A DNA stretch of 64,000 nucleotides from an uncultured delta proteobacterium (GCA_963804165.1 CAWDPO010000008.1:81894-145893), one strand, 5' to 3'; shown: positions 1-14,469, counted from the stretch's first letter. Translations and numbers: made by a program. Notes: a model not told the origin generated them from the letters alone.

Positions 1-897
1 ATCGCCTGTTTTGTCGCCCGGCCCATCGAATTCCTCGCGCGCATCAGTGCAATTTTTGTGAAAGTATTGACTGCCTCGAGCAACTTGGTTCTCAGACTCT
101 TCGGCGGCAGCGAAAACGAGAGTGCTAGTTTCATCTCCGTCGACGAAGTCAAATCGTTGATTCGCGAGGGCGCCGCCAAAGGAATATTCAACGAGACCGA
201 AGAACAACTGATCCACAGTGTGTTCGAATTCACCGACACGCCGGTGAAAGCGGTGATGATCCCGCGCACCGAGATCCATGCCGTCGAAGCGCACGTCTCG
301 TTCGCCGACGTGGCGCAGAGTTTCGTCGAAAGCGGCTTCTCGCGCATACCGGTTTACGAGGGCGAATTGGACAGGATCATCGGCATACTCTACAACAAGG
401 ATGTTTTGAAAGCTTTGCAGGAAAAGAGTGAATTTCGCATTCGCGATCATCTCCACCCGGCGTTTTTTGTGCCCAGCACGCTGCCGGTCAGCGAATTATT
501 GAAGCAGCTCCAGCGCCGGCGCCTCGCCATGGCCTTGGTGGTCAACGAATTCGGCGAAGTCGAAGGGCTCGCCACGTTGGAAGATTTAGTCGAAGAAATC
601 GTCGGCGAGATTCGCGATGAGTACGATCGTGAAGAGCGCGGTCCGGTGGAACGGTTGCCGGACGGCTCGTTGGTGATCCAGGGCTCCGCCTTACTCAAAG
701 ACCTGAAGACCGACTTCGGCCTGCCATTCGAAGAGTCGCCGGATTACCACACACTGGCGGGTTTCATGCTTGCCAAGCTCAAGCGCATTCCGCGCGGCGG
801 GGAGTGGGTCGAAGAAAATGGTTATAAGCTCACCATCGTCGACATGGAAGGACGACGCATCGTAAAAATAAAATTAGAGCGAATCGCGAGCGCGTGA
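1..897 (+). CDS. Hemolysin/CNNM-family (TlyC/CorC) CBS-domain protein, 5' end outside window
   Basis: Frame open from base 1; tandem CBS motifs (VMIPRTEI, GFSRIPVY, VVNEFGEVEGLATLEDLVEEIVGEIRDEYD) and C-terminal CorC/HlyC domain (YHTLAGF...DMEGRRI). Confidence 0.9.
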   Translation: MACFVARPIEFLARISAIFVKVLTASSNLVLRLFGGSENESASFISVDEVKSLIREGAAKGIFNETEEQLIHSVFEFTDTPVKAVMIPRTEIHAVEAHVSFADVAQSFVESGFSRIPVYEGELDRIIGILYNKDVLKALQEKSEFRIRDHLHPAFFVPSTLPVSELLKQLQRRRLAMALVVNEFGEVEGLATLEDLVEEIVGEIRDEYDREERGPVERLPDGSLVIQGSALLKDLKTDFGLPFEESPDYHTLAGFMLAKLKRIPRGGEWVEENGYKLTIVDMEGRRIVKIKLERIASA

Positions 898-916
898 TCA
901 ATGCACCGCCGTAGCG

Positions 917-1330
917 TCAATAGCAGCGGATCTCGATCTCGTTGCCGTCCGGATCGAGAAAGTACACTGACGTCGCCCGTCCCCGCGCGCCCCAGCGCGA
1001 GACCGGCCCTTGGCGAATGGCGATTTGGTTGTCCTTTAGGCCCTCGATCACTCCGGCGAAGTTTTCCGCGTCGACAACTAAACAAAAATGATTTAAATTG
1101 CCGTTGAATTTCTCGTCGGCGCGCGGATGCGAACTTTCTTTGCTTGGAAACAAATCGATGATCGTCGCATCGTTGATACGCACCGACGGAAACCCGACCT
1201 TGCCGGCTGTAAACTCCTCGACGCGTTCGCCGGCTAAACCCAAAACGTCGGTGTAGAATTTTAGCGAGCGGTGAATATCGCCGACGTTGAGGACGATATG
1301 GTCCAGCTCCGTAATTTTGATCCGCGCCAT
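917..1330 (-). CDS. VOC/glyoxalase family protein
   Basis: LDHIVLNV...FY...LG, NHFCL, SVYFLDPDGNEIE motifs; start placed at MARIKI with GGAG RBS upstream. Confidence 0.85.
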   Translation of the reverse strand: MARIKITELDHIVLNVGDIHRSLKFYTDVLGLAGERVEEFTAGKVGFPSVRINDATIIDLFPSKESSHPRADEKFNGNLNHFCLVVDAENFAGVIEGLKDNQIAIRQGPVSRWGARGRATSVYFLDPDGNEIEIRCY

Positions 1331-1354
1331 AACCGAACTCCTTTCCCGCGACAA

Positions 1355-2428
1355 TCAGCCGCGCTCGGCGCGCGACGACTCGATGACCGCTATTTCTTGC
1401 AACAACGCTTGAACCTCAGTCGCCGTCCCCACCGTGATGCGCAAGCAGTCTTGTAAACCGGCGACGTCAAAGTAGCGCACTAAAATCTTTCTTCGCTTGA
1501 GCTCTTCGTAGACACCCTTTTGATTCCGCCCGCTTTTTCGCGCCAGTACAAAGTTCGCATGGGACGGATACACGTCGTAGCCCGCGCGTTTGAGCCGGGT
1601 CGTCAACTTTTTGCGGGTGCGCTGAATACGCCGCGCGTTGCGCGCCATCCACGGCAGATCCTGTAGCGCCGCCGTCGCCGCGATCAGACTCAGCCGGTTC
1701 ACATTATACGAATCTTTGACCTTCATCATCCCAGATATAATCTGCTCGGATGCGAAAGCGAGCCCGATGCGCATTCCCGCGAGTGAGAATGACTTCGAAA
1801 ATGTCCGTAGGACCACCAGATTGGGCAGTCGTTGGATCAACGGAATCGACGATGAGCCTTCGCTCGCGGCAAAATCGACGTAGGCTTCGTCGACAACCAA
1901 GATACCCGGCAGCGACCGCGCGAGTTTTTCGATTTCCGGCAAGGGTACGAGCGTTCCGGAAGGGGCGTTAGGATTGCACAGAAAAGTGAGCGCGGCGCCC
2001 TGCTCAGCCAGCGCGGGGGGCAAGGAATAGTCCGCAGGAAAGTCCACCGGCGCAGGGACTCCGTCTTGAATAGCCACCAAGGTATCATAGAGCGAATAAG
2101 TCGGAACCGGAAACGCGACACGGTCGTGCGGACCGACAAAGCAGCGCAGCAGCATCGACAAGAGCTCATCCGAGCCGTTACCTACAATGATGTTGGCCGC
2201 TTTCACTCCATAAATGCTTCCCGCTCTGGTCCGCAGCGTGTCACTTCGCGATTCCGGGTAAAGGCGCAGCGACGCATCAATCGCTTTCCTCAGCGCCGCG
2301 CGAACTTTCGGCGACGGCGGGTAAGGATTCTCATTCGTGTTGAGTTTTATGATACCGCTATCTTGCGGCTGCTCGCCCGGGACGTAACCGCCCAATGCGA
2401 TAATATTAGGTCGGAAATAGTGTCGCAT
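1355..2428 (-). CDS. hisC: Histidinol-phosphate aminotransferase
   Basis: YVPGEQP, KLNTNENPYPPS, GNGSDE, DEAYVDF, RTFSKSFSLAGMRIG (PLP lysine) motifs. Confidence 0.95.
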   Translation of the reverse strand: MRHYFRPNIIALGGYVPGEQPQDSGIIKLNTNENPYPPSPKVRAALRKAIDASLRLYPESRSDTLRTRAGSIYGVKAANIIVGNGSDELLSMLLRCFVGPHDRVAFPVPTYSLYDTLVAIQDGVPAPVDFPADYSLPPALAEQGAALTFLCNPNAPSGTLVPLPEIEKLARSLPGILVVDEAYVDFAASEGSSSIPLIQRLPNLVVLRTFSKSFSLAGMRIGLAFASEQIISGMMKVKDSYNVNRLSLIAATAALQDLPWMARNARRIQRTRKKLTTRLKRAGYDVYPSHANFVLARKSGRNQKGVYEELKRRKILVRYFDVAGLQDCLRITVGTATEVQALLQEIAVIESSRAERG

Positions 2429-2701
2429 GCGGCGAAATTCTATCGGCAGCGCCCGTCCTTTTCAAACCGTCATTTGACTAGCCTCTGTCGCGCTCGCATC
2501 GGATAACGGGGCGAATTGCTAATTCGAATCTTGCCAAGTGACTCGCTCGAACACCCATGGTGCTCTAGCACACATCGCGACATTTTTGTCCAAGGATTCC
2601 CGACGTTGGCCAAAATTCCCCGTTTTGCCAAACCTATTACCAAAAACGTTGTTCTTCTTTCTACTAAGTAGTTGAAATTGCGAAATTCCTAATTTCAGGC
2701 C

Positions 2702-2717
2702 TGGCATGTTTTTGGCT
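2702..2717 (+). promoter_or_regulatory. Candidate sigma-54 (-24/-12) promoter for the coiled-coil/KaiC-like operon
   Basis: TGGCATGTTTTTGGCT has GG-N10-GC spacing and is close to TGGCACG-N4-TTGC; lies in an AT-rich intergenic region ~78 bp upstream of ATG 2795. Confidence 0.5.
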
Positions 2718-2794
2718 ACAGCGACAGCGTTGGTAAAACATTTCCTAAGACTTGGCAAGCAAAGCGGAAAAATTGTAAACAAAATACGATTCCT

Positions 2795-5700
2795 ATGGAT
2801 GCGCCCAAAATTCCCATAAACGACCCGTCTATCCTCTTACTCAATGAAATCGAGATCCTGCTCGCGCAATCGCGCCTGCTCGAGCTCTACCTAAAACAAA
2901 CGCAAGCGTCGGCTGCCTACGAGACGGCTCGCGCCTATCATCGCCATCAGAGTGAGCTGGCCGAGCTCCGTGCTGCCCTTTCCGAGAAAGAGAAAATTGT
3001 CGTAGCGAAGGAAAACACGGTCGGCGCAAGAGAACGGGATCTTCAAGAAAGAGTCCAGAATCTGGAAACCGACTTGAGCGAAGCTCAACGTCGGCTCCAA
3101 TACCGCGACGTCGAATTCCAACGCGTCGAGTCTGAAGCGGCAGACCTGCGCGGGCTCATCGACCAACTGGAACTCTCGAAGGCACAAGCGCAAACCACCG
3201 CGCGAGAATCCGCGATGGCTCGCCAAGAACTCACGGCAGAACTGGCGGTCCTGCGTGAGCGTCTCGAAGAAATCCAGGCAAACTTCCAAAATCAACAGCT
3301 GGCGTCTCGGCAACTTCAAGAGGATCTACAAACCCAGATCGCGCAACTCCAGGATCAACTTCGTGAAAAAGTGACTTGGTCGCGCACCGCCGACGGCGAG
3401 CTACAACAAGCCAAGCGGGAGATCGCCGAACTGCACGAGCGGGTCGCGGAACTTCAAACGAGCCGCCAAGAAGCCCAATCGAGCGCGGCGCGCGAGCTGG
3501 CAGACTCGCGCGCACACTTTGAAATGCAGCTCAACGGCCTCCAGACCGCGCTTGCTGAGCGCGAGCATGTCCTCGAAGAAACCCACCATGCGATGATCGA
3601 ACTCGAGCACGGCCTCAGAACCGAGATCGTCATGCTGCATAGCCAACTCGAGCAGAAGCAAGAACTGATCGGTTTTCGGGACGAGGAACTGCGCGGCAAT
3701 CAATCGCAATTCGCTGCGCTCCAGCAACGGGTCGCAGAGCTCGAAGCGGCCGAACAAGCAGCGCGGGTCAGTGCCGAGCAAATCGAAGACACACGCCGCT
3801 CCTATGAGGACCGGGTCGTTGCCCTGCAGCATGAAGTCACAGCCCGAGAGCGAGCGCTGACGGAACGTCAGGAAGCCGTGAGCGCGGTGGAGCTGGCGTT
3901 GCACGGCAAAATCCAGTCTCTCCAGCAGGAGCTGGCCCTCAGCCACAGCTTGAACGAAGAGCGCGAAAACGCGCTGCGAAGTTCCCGCACCGAGAATGAA
4001 GCCTTGCGCGAACGGATCGCCGAACAAGAATCTGCCGCTTCCGCGGATCTGCTGGCGCGCCAGCGCGTTGAAGAGCACATGTCGCGGTTTGGAAACCGAA
4101 ATATCCGGCTTGCACGCAACATTGGCGCAGAAGGAATACGCGCTTGACCACCAGGGAAAAGCCATCACCTCCCTCGAACAGCGGTTGACCACGGACATTG
4201 AACAGCTTCATCGCCAACTCGAACAGCAGCAAAATTTGTCGGACGCCGGCGCCGCAGAGGTCACGCGCTTGCGCTCGGAGATCGCTGCGGTCGAGGAACA
4301 AAAGACCCGGCTGGCGGATTCCCGCGACGAGCTCGAACGGAGCCGACAGCAAGAGGCGGTGACACGTCAGGAACTAGAAGCGCGCCTCCAGGTCAAGGAT
4401 GACGAGCTGCGGGCAGTTCAGGCAAACGCCCAAGAACTTATGCAAGCCGCGCTGAGGGACCAAGAAGCTCACTTTAAATCACTCGCACAGCAAACGAGCG
4501 GCGATATCGTCGGACTGCAAAATCAGTTGCAAGAGCAAGGGCTCGCGGCGCAACAACACCAAACTGAGCTCGTGCAATTACATGCCGAGATCGCCGGCTT
4601 GCGGCAACAGATTGCGCAAACCGAACATTCCCGCGATACCCTCGAACAGGCCTTGCAACAGGCCGCCGCCCAGCGCGAGGAGTTAGCCGGGCGCTTACAA
4701 ACTAGAGAGAATGAATTTAGCGCTACCCAGGTGCACGCGAGTGAACACTTGGCGGCTCTTGAGGAGCAGCAAACCCGCTTTAATTCCATCGAAGAAGAGC
4801 GATGCAAAGAAATCAGCGAGCTGCGTGGCCAATTGGACCAGCAAAGGCTTCACGCCGATTCACTGCACGAAGAACTTGCCCAACTGCGCTCGGAGAACGC
4901 TGGGATCCAGGAACAAAGGGTTCAAGCCGAGCAATTCCGCCAAGAGCTCGAACAAAACCGGCAGGAAACCTCAGCGCTGCGCGCGGAACTCGAAACGCGG
5001 CTACTGGCAAAAGACGCCGAACTTCAGGCGGCCCAATCCGACGCAACTGCACTAAAGAACCATTTCGATACCAAGCTCAACGAACTGCAGCTCCACCTCG
5101 CTGAAAAACAGCTGCTCGTGGAGGGCAGAGCTGCGGAGTCCGAGAACCTCAAAGGCCAGCTGGATCGCTTATCGGAACAATTGACGCAGCGAGATTCCGC
5201 AAGCGCCGAATTCCAAGCGCAGTTTCAAAAAGAAACCGAATTGGCGCGCGCCGAGCATCAGACGGCAATCGCCGTGTTGCGCAATGAATTTCAGATCAAA
5301 CAGAGCAACCAGGACAATGAGCTCGCTCAGGAAAGGCAGCGAGTCGCCGAACTTACTCTTCAGATTGGTGAATTCGAGCAGCAGAAGGCCGCTACTGAAA
5401 CGCAGCTCCAAGAGCGCCAGCGAGAGCACGAAGCCGCCGTGGTCGAAGCCGCGGCATTGCGATCGCGCTTGGATGAGCTGGAAACACGTCACCAGATGGA
5501 ACTCTCCGCCGCAGAGCGGGAGCAAAATCAAGCTCGAAACCAGCTCGAAACAGAACTGTCCGCCGCGCGCGCCGAACTGCAACAGAACGCGAGGGTGGCG
5601 ACTCAACATCAAGCGGCAATTGCCGAATTGCGGAATGAATATCAGATCAAACAGAGCAACCAGGACAATGAGCTCGCCCAGGAGAGGCAGCGAGTCGCCG

Positions 5701-6806
5701 AACTTACTCTTCAGATTAGTGAATTCGAGCAGCAGAAGGCCGCTATTGAAACGCAGCTCCAAGAGCGTCAGCGGGAGCATGAAGCCGCCGTGGTCGAAGC
5801 CGCGGCATTCCGATCGCGCTTGGATGAGCTGGAAACGCGGCGCGAGACAGAACTCTCCGCCGCAGAGCGGGAGCAAAATCAAGCTCGAAGCCAGCTCGAA
5901 ACAGAACTGTCTGCCGCGCGAGCCGAACTACAACAGAAGGCATGGTCGTCGGCCCAGCATCAGGCGGCCTTGGAAAACCTTGCTCTCGCCCACAAGGACC
6001 AAATCCAAAAACTCGAAGGTAGACTTACCGACCAGCAGAACAGCATCAAAGATCGCAATCTCGAGGTGGAGCGATCTCAGTCGCAAGCGCGATTACTGGA
6101 GCAACGTATCGAAGGGCTCAGTACAGAGCTGCGACAAGCCGAACTAACCGCGATCAACCGAGCCGTGCAAATCAAGGAAGAATATGGAGTCCGCATCGCG
6201 GACTTGGAAAAGCAAGTCGCGCAAAAGACCATCGAGGTGCAGAAGCGCGGCCTGTCAAGGACGGAAGTGGAGCAAACACTTCGACTCGAGATCGACCGGC
6301 TGACTCGCGAAGGTCAAGAAAGACACCAAATTTTGCAGGACCGTAATGAAGAGCTCGTCCGAGTCAAAGTCGAGATGGATACGTTTCAGGAGCAATGCCG
6401 CAATTTAGAATCGGCGGCAAGCCAGAACGAAGCGTCTCTTGGCACCGAAATGGAGAAAATGCGCACGGAATTTCAAGCGCAGCTCGCGCTATTGCAAGCG
6501 GAACTAAGTCAAAGAGACTGGGCTCTAGAGGAGCAGCGCGCGGCGAAGAGCACCATAGAGCTGCAATTCCGTCAGGATCTCGAAACTTTAAACCAACAGT
6601 TGGCGGAAACCGAAGTGCGCGCCAAAGAAAATCAGGATAAGTTTGTGATGGGTGACGATAAGTTAACCCCCGAGCAACAGGACCGTTATCAAAAATACAG
6701 AAACGTAATGGACGCTGTCGCTGTTGGAAGCGACGGATCATTTCCGGCGTCGGAAAATCGCCGTTGGCGCGGTCGTTTCGGTTGGAAGAGGCGTTGGAAA
6801 TCATAG
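2795..6806 (+). CDS. Giant E/Q/L/A-rich coiled-coil protein (~1336 aa once one frameshift near 4077 is corrected)
   Basis: ORFs 2795..4147 and 3996..6806 join at gaagag(c)acatgt; continuous heptad-like composition; no Walker motifs; basic/aromatic C-terminus RRWRGRFGWKRRWKS. Confidence 0.8.
5256..5968 (+). repeat. Intragenic tandem duplication, 351 bp / 117 aa unit, 2 copies
   Basis: aatgaa(t/ta)tcagatcaaacagagcaaccaggacaatgagctcgc at 5283 and 5634 (offset 351); protein HQTAIAVLRNEFQIKQSNQ... repeated as HQAAIAELRNEYQIKQSNQ... Confidence 0.95.
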
Positions 6807-6919
6807 CGCACCAACCGGCATCATCGCGCGTGATTCTTTGAACGAACTCAATTTAAGAAACCAAGAGGACGTTGAGTAACCATTTGGCGAAATTATAGCT
6901 CAGCGGTCGAAGGACGGTC

Positions 6920-7646
6920 ATGTTACAAACAGAACGTGTATCCACTGGAATCGTCGGGCTCGACCCGCTGCTTGAGGGAGGTTTTCCCCAGGGCCGGTCG
7001 GTCCTCATTACCGGGGAGCCCGGACACGGGAAAATCAATTTTCGCCCTGCAATTTCTTGGTGAAGGGCTCAATCGCAATGAGAAGGGTATTTTCGTGACC
7101 GCGGACGAAAGCCCGATGGACATACTCGAGCAAGCAGCTTCAATTGGCTGGGACTTTGAGCGGCATATCGAGACCAAAGATCTGTCGATTTTGAACGCCG
7201 GCACGTATCTCAGCTCGCTGCCGGGTGCGGGCAAAGAACGTCATATCGACGTGCAAAAAGCGGTCAGCGACCTGGCGAGCTTCGTCAAACAACTCGGGGC
7301 CAAGAGACTAGTGCTCGACCCCGCGGGGCCGTTTGTCCTATTGCGCGATAGCGCGGCACGCATCCAAGACCAGGTCCGCTTGTTAATAAAGTTGATGCGA
7401 TCTTCGATGCCGACAACCAACGTCCTTACCTCCTATGCCGTTCCGAGGACCGGCGAACGATCCATGCATGGCATGGAGGAGTATCTCGTAGCCGGTGCGA
7501 TCGTCTTAGAGATGGTCTGGAAAAACGGCGAGCTCGCTCGCAGCCTGATCGTCGAGAAGATGCGTTGCACGGACGTGAAGCCGACTCAACTCGAATTCGA
7601 TATCGTAAAGGGGCAAGGCATCGTGCTTCATCCCCCGCTTCGCTAA
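6920..7646 (+). CDS. KaiC/RAD55-like single-domain RecA-superfamily ATPase 1 (frameshift near 7025)
   Basis: ATG 6920 gives [35 protein letters not shown], continuing in the next frame as [11 protein letters not shown] (Walker A), [16 protein letters not shown] (Walker B), EKMRCT. Confidence 0.85.
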
Positions 7647-7663
7647 AATTTAAAGTTTAGGGA

Positions 7664-8456
7664 ATGGATCTCCAGCGCATTTCAACCGGCATCGCGGGCC
7701 TCGACGCTTTGCTTCACGGTGGCTATCTAAGAGGGCGCACCTACCTGGTGACCGGCGACACCGGCACGGGAAAAACCATCGCTTGTTTGCAGTTCCTGCT
7801 GAACGGCCTCTAAGCGCGGGGAAAAGGCGGTCTACGTCACCGTCGACGAACGCCCGGGTGAGATTTTAGACTCGGCGGCGTCATTTTCCTGGGATCTCCA
7901 GCCGTACATTCAAGAAAAGAGCTTGGTCATCCTGGATGCCTCGCCCTATTTTGGCGCCCGGAGCGCGAGTGCGACGGAAAAAGGTATCGATCCGCAAAAA
8001 GTCGTCGCCGATCTTGGCAACTATGCAAGAAGGCTCAGCGCAACGCTTCTCATCATTGATCCGATAACGCCGCTCATCCTGCCGAACGACGCAACCAGCC
8101 CAAGCCAGGACCAAGCCCGCTCCCTTGTACAATTGATACAAACTCAACTAAATACGACCAATCTGTTTACCGCCCACCTGCCAAAAGTGACGGCCCAGAG
8201 CAGCGCGAACGGCATCGAGCAATATCTCACCTCCGGCGTGTTGGTTCTCAAAACCGATGAGATCGACGGCAAATTTAAGCGCACCGTGACCATCAAGAAA
8301 ATGCGCGGCACACCCGTTGAACCTGGTAACTTTCCTTTTGCGATTCTCGCAAATGACGGAATTGTCCTGACGAGTTGTCGCGCCGGAGAAGTCTCGCGGA
8401 TGGATGGCCCGGCGCCGATGTTTGAATTTTTTCACCTTTCCAAAAGACAATCCTGA
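7664..8456 (+). CDS. KaiC/RAD55-like single-domain ATPase 2 (frameshift near 7811)
   Basis: ATG 7664 gives MDLQRISTGIAGLDALLHGGYLRGRTYLVTGDTGTGKT...LQFL, then KRGEKAVYVTVDERP...WD...LIIDP...KKMRGT; the N-terminal half is absent from the supplied ORF track. Confidence 0.85.
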
Positions 8457-8564
8457 CCCCGAAATTCTGAATTTGCGTTCGGCGGTCGACGCTCGACGGG
8501 ATACCGAAGGCGCTCGGGCGTCGCCATGAATTATTTCGCTTTTCTCGCTGCGTTTCGGGCTTTC

Positions 8565-8593
8565 TTGACAGCCGGCGAAACGATGCTTAGATT
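8565..8593 (+). promoter_or_regulatory. Candidate sigma-70-type promoter of clpB
   Basis: TTGACA (8565-8570), 17 bp spacer, TAGATT (8588-8593); GAGG RBS before ATG 8617. Confidence 0.5.
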
Positions 8594-8616
8594 TTTCCAC
8601 AAATGAGGACTCCAAA

Positions 8617-11244
<2,628 letters not shown>

Positions 11245-11571
11245 GTCCGTCGTCGAAAAAAGTTCCGCCGGGGTTGGCGCGGGTGCGAAAAGAGATTCCT
11301 CGGCCAAGTCAGATTTTTAAGAAGCAAGAAGACCGATCAGCGCAGGCTGGCAAAAGAAGCAATTCGCCGGGAGCTAACAGAAACTCTCCCGCCAAAATCC
11401 TCTTAACCGCAATCCACGGTTCTTTTTACCGGCGGGCGCGTGTCGCAATTTCGCGTCCGCCTTGGTTTTAAGCGCTGACAGCGAGCCGATGATTGTTCGT
11501 GCCTTTTTTGCCGTGCCACGGAGCCAAGATTCCCGCGAGTTTTCTCGTTTCGATCTCATGCGGCCAATTTG

Positions 11572-13015
11572 ATGAATCGCGCAGCGGACAGCACCGGTGT
11601 GGCGGTCCAGCAAAGACGGCTCACGTTGATTTTATTCAACGTTTGCGTCGGCCAGTTTATCGTCGGCCTCGACCAGCGCGCCTTGCTGGTCGCGCTGCCG
11701 ACCCTGACCGAAACATTTCAATACCAGCCTGACGACCATCCAATGGGTTTTATTGATCTATGATTGCTTTTGATCGGCACCGTGATCACCGTCGGCCGTT
11801 TGGGCGATCTTTTCGGCCGGCGGCGGTTTTACGCCGTGGTTTTCTGGTTTTCGTTTTGAGCTCAGCGCTTTGCGGTTTCGCTCAAACCGCGGGACAAATC
11901 ATTTTGTTCCGCGGCTTGCAAGCGCTCGGCGGCGCCATGATTTCAGCCAACGGTAGGGCGATCGCTCCGTCGCGTTTCCGTCCAGCGAGCGCGGCAAGGC
12001 CATGGGCTTCGCCTCTATGGCCTTCCATGTCGGGTTCTTGACTGGTCCAACCCTCGGCGGATTTTTGATCGACACGATCGGTTGGCGTTGGATTTTTTTC
12101 ATCAATCTGCCGATCGGCATTTGGGGCGCGTTCCTAGCGCTGAAACTCTTGAAGAAAGCAAAGAAGAGGTCAAAGGAATTTCGGTCGATTTTCCCGGCGC
12201 GATCCTGCTCATGCTGACCTGCAGTCTTTTCATCTACGCCATGAATCAGCTGCCGCATGTCGGCTGGCAGGATCCGTTAGTGACCCGAACGATGTGGACT
12301 GTCTGTCGTGGCTCTGGCGCTTTTCGTATTCGCCGAGCTGAGATCGCCCATGCCGATCTTAAGCTTTTCGCTCTTTCGCAATCGGCTTTTCACCGCCTCC
12401 ATGCTCAGCTTGTTTTTCATCACCTCGACGCAATCGGCCATCAGTTTTCTGATGCCGTTTTATTTGCAGAACATACTCCATTTTTCCCCGACACATATGG
12501 GCTGGATCATCATCGCCAATTCTGCGGTCATCGTCATGGTCGCGCCCATAGCCGGATGGCTGTCGGATCGCATGGGTTCGCGTCTGCTGTGCACCGTTGG
12601 CTCCGGGTTGATCGTCGATCGGACAGTTCTTCATCGCATCGTTGGGAATTGATTCGTCGATTCCGCGGATCATTTTGCCGTTATTCTTGATCGGCTTTGG
12701 CTGGGCATATTCAATTCACCGAACCAGAGCGCAATCATGGGTTCGGTACCTCGCGACAAACTCGGTACGGCATCGGGCATGAACACCGACCACTGCCCGG
12801 ACCGGCGGCGCGATGGGCGTCGCCCTTTCCGCGACTTGTTCACCTACGGACTCGCCGCCGCGGCATGACCGCGAGCGCAAATCGAATCGCCGCAAACTTG
12901 GGGCACCGCGCCGGAAGTATTCGTCCATTCATTTAATCACACGGTGCATATCGTTAACATCTTCACGATTCTCTCGGTCCTGTTTTCGGTGGTGCGCGGT
13001 CCACGCCACGAGTAG
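11572..13015 (+). CDS. MFS drug:H+ antiporter (DHA2/EmrB-like), multiple frameshifts
   Basis: Consecutive fragments: GLDQRALLVALPTL, GRLGDLFGRRR, GPTLGGFLIDTIGWRWIFFINLPIG, AGWLSDRMGSR, FNSPNQSAIMG. Confidence 0.85.
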
Positions 13016-13039
13016 CCCAACAATTTGTGAACGAGTTCC

Positions 13040-14469
13040 ATGACGACGGCGGAACAAACCATTTCACGACGGACATCGCGGCTTATCCTGTTAAGCGTCT
13101 GCATCGGCCAGACCATCGTCGGTCTCGATCAGCGCGCCCTCACGGTGGCTCTGCCCACTCTGACGAGCGCGTTCCACACGCCTTCACGACGATCCAATGG
13201 ACGATCTTCGTCTATGATCTAGTGCTGATCGGCCTGATCATCACGATGGGACGATTGGGCGATTTGTTCGGGCGACGCCGTTTCTACAGCATGGGGTTTT
13301 TGATTTTCGTGGCCGCGTCCGCCATTTGCGGCCTGTCGCAAAGCGCCGGCCAGCTGATTTTTTTCCGCGCGCTGCAGGCGCTCGGCGGTTCCATGATCGC
13401 CGCCAACGGCCGTGCGATTGTCTCGGTTAATTTGCCGCCGGAGGACCGCGGGCGCGCTCTCGGCCTGACTTCCACGGCGTTCCACATCGGTTTTCTCACC
13501 GGCCCGTCCTGGGTGGTTTTCTGATCGATACCATCGGCTGGCGCTGGATTTTCTACATCAACATGCCGTTCAGCCTGTGGGCGCTTATCTCGCGTGGAAG
13601 GTCGTTCCCGAGACACGCGATGGCGGAAAATCGGCGATCGATATTCCTGGCGCTCTGCTGCTACTCGTGACCAATGGCCTGTTTATTTACGCCATCGATC
13701 AACTGCCGCGGATCGGCTGGCGCCACCCGATGTTTCTACTGACTCTGGTGCTTTCGGTGATCTCGTTATTTTTCCTGTTGCGCATCGAAGCCAGGGCGAA
13801 GACACCGATTTTGATTTTGTCGATGTTTCGCTCTCAACTTTTTAGCGCGGGCATTATGAGTCTGTTTCTAATCTCCGGCACCTTATCGGCAATCAATTTT
13901 CTCCTGCCGTTCTTCCTGCAGAACTTGCTTGGCTATTCGCCATCGCAGGTCGGCTGGATCATCGTCGCCGACTCAGCGATCATCATGATCATGGCGCCGA
14001 TCGCCGGGGCCTTGTCTGATCGTCTTCGGCTCGCGATTGCTCTGCACAGTCGGCTGCGCCGTCGTCGCCGTCGCGCAATTCTTCCTGGCCACCCTGGACC
14101 TGCACTCGTCGCTGATCAGGATATTTTCCCATTGGCGCTCTGGGGCGTAGGGTGGGCGTTATTCAACGCGCCCAATCAAAGCTCGATACTGGGCGCGGTC
14201 AATCCGGACAAGATCGGCGCCGCCGCCGGCATGATCGCGACCACAGCGCGCACCGGCGGCGCTATGGGAGTGGCTCTGTCGGCGACGCTGTTTGGCTATC
14301 TGCTATCGGCGGCGGGCTTGAGCGGGGGCCAAATTGGCTCGCCTGAAAGCTGGCGCGCTGCGCCGGACACCTTTATGGTGCCTTCAGCACAACGATTTAC
14401 TTTTTGAATGTCTTCACGTTGTTGGCAGTTTTTTCATCCGCGATCCGGGGGAAGAGACCGGGAGATTGA
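13040..14469 (+). CDS. Second paralogous MFS (DHA2-like) transporter, frameshifted
   Basis: GLDQRALTVALPTL, GRLGDLFGRRRFY, GWALFNAPNQSSILG; colinear with the upstream paralog. Confidence 0.85.

Noticed and set aside
2795-6806. SMC/Wadjet or phage tape-measure protein
   Set aside because: No Walker A/B or hinge, no kleisin/JetABD neighbours, and no phage structural genes
6920-8456. Circadian kaiABC clock or gas-vesicle (gvpD/gvpC) locus
   Set aside because: The ATPases are single-domain without the CII S/T phosphosite motif, and there is no kaiA, kaiB or gvpA-like gene in the window
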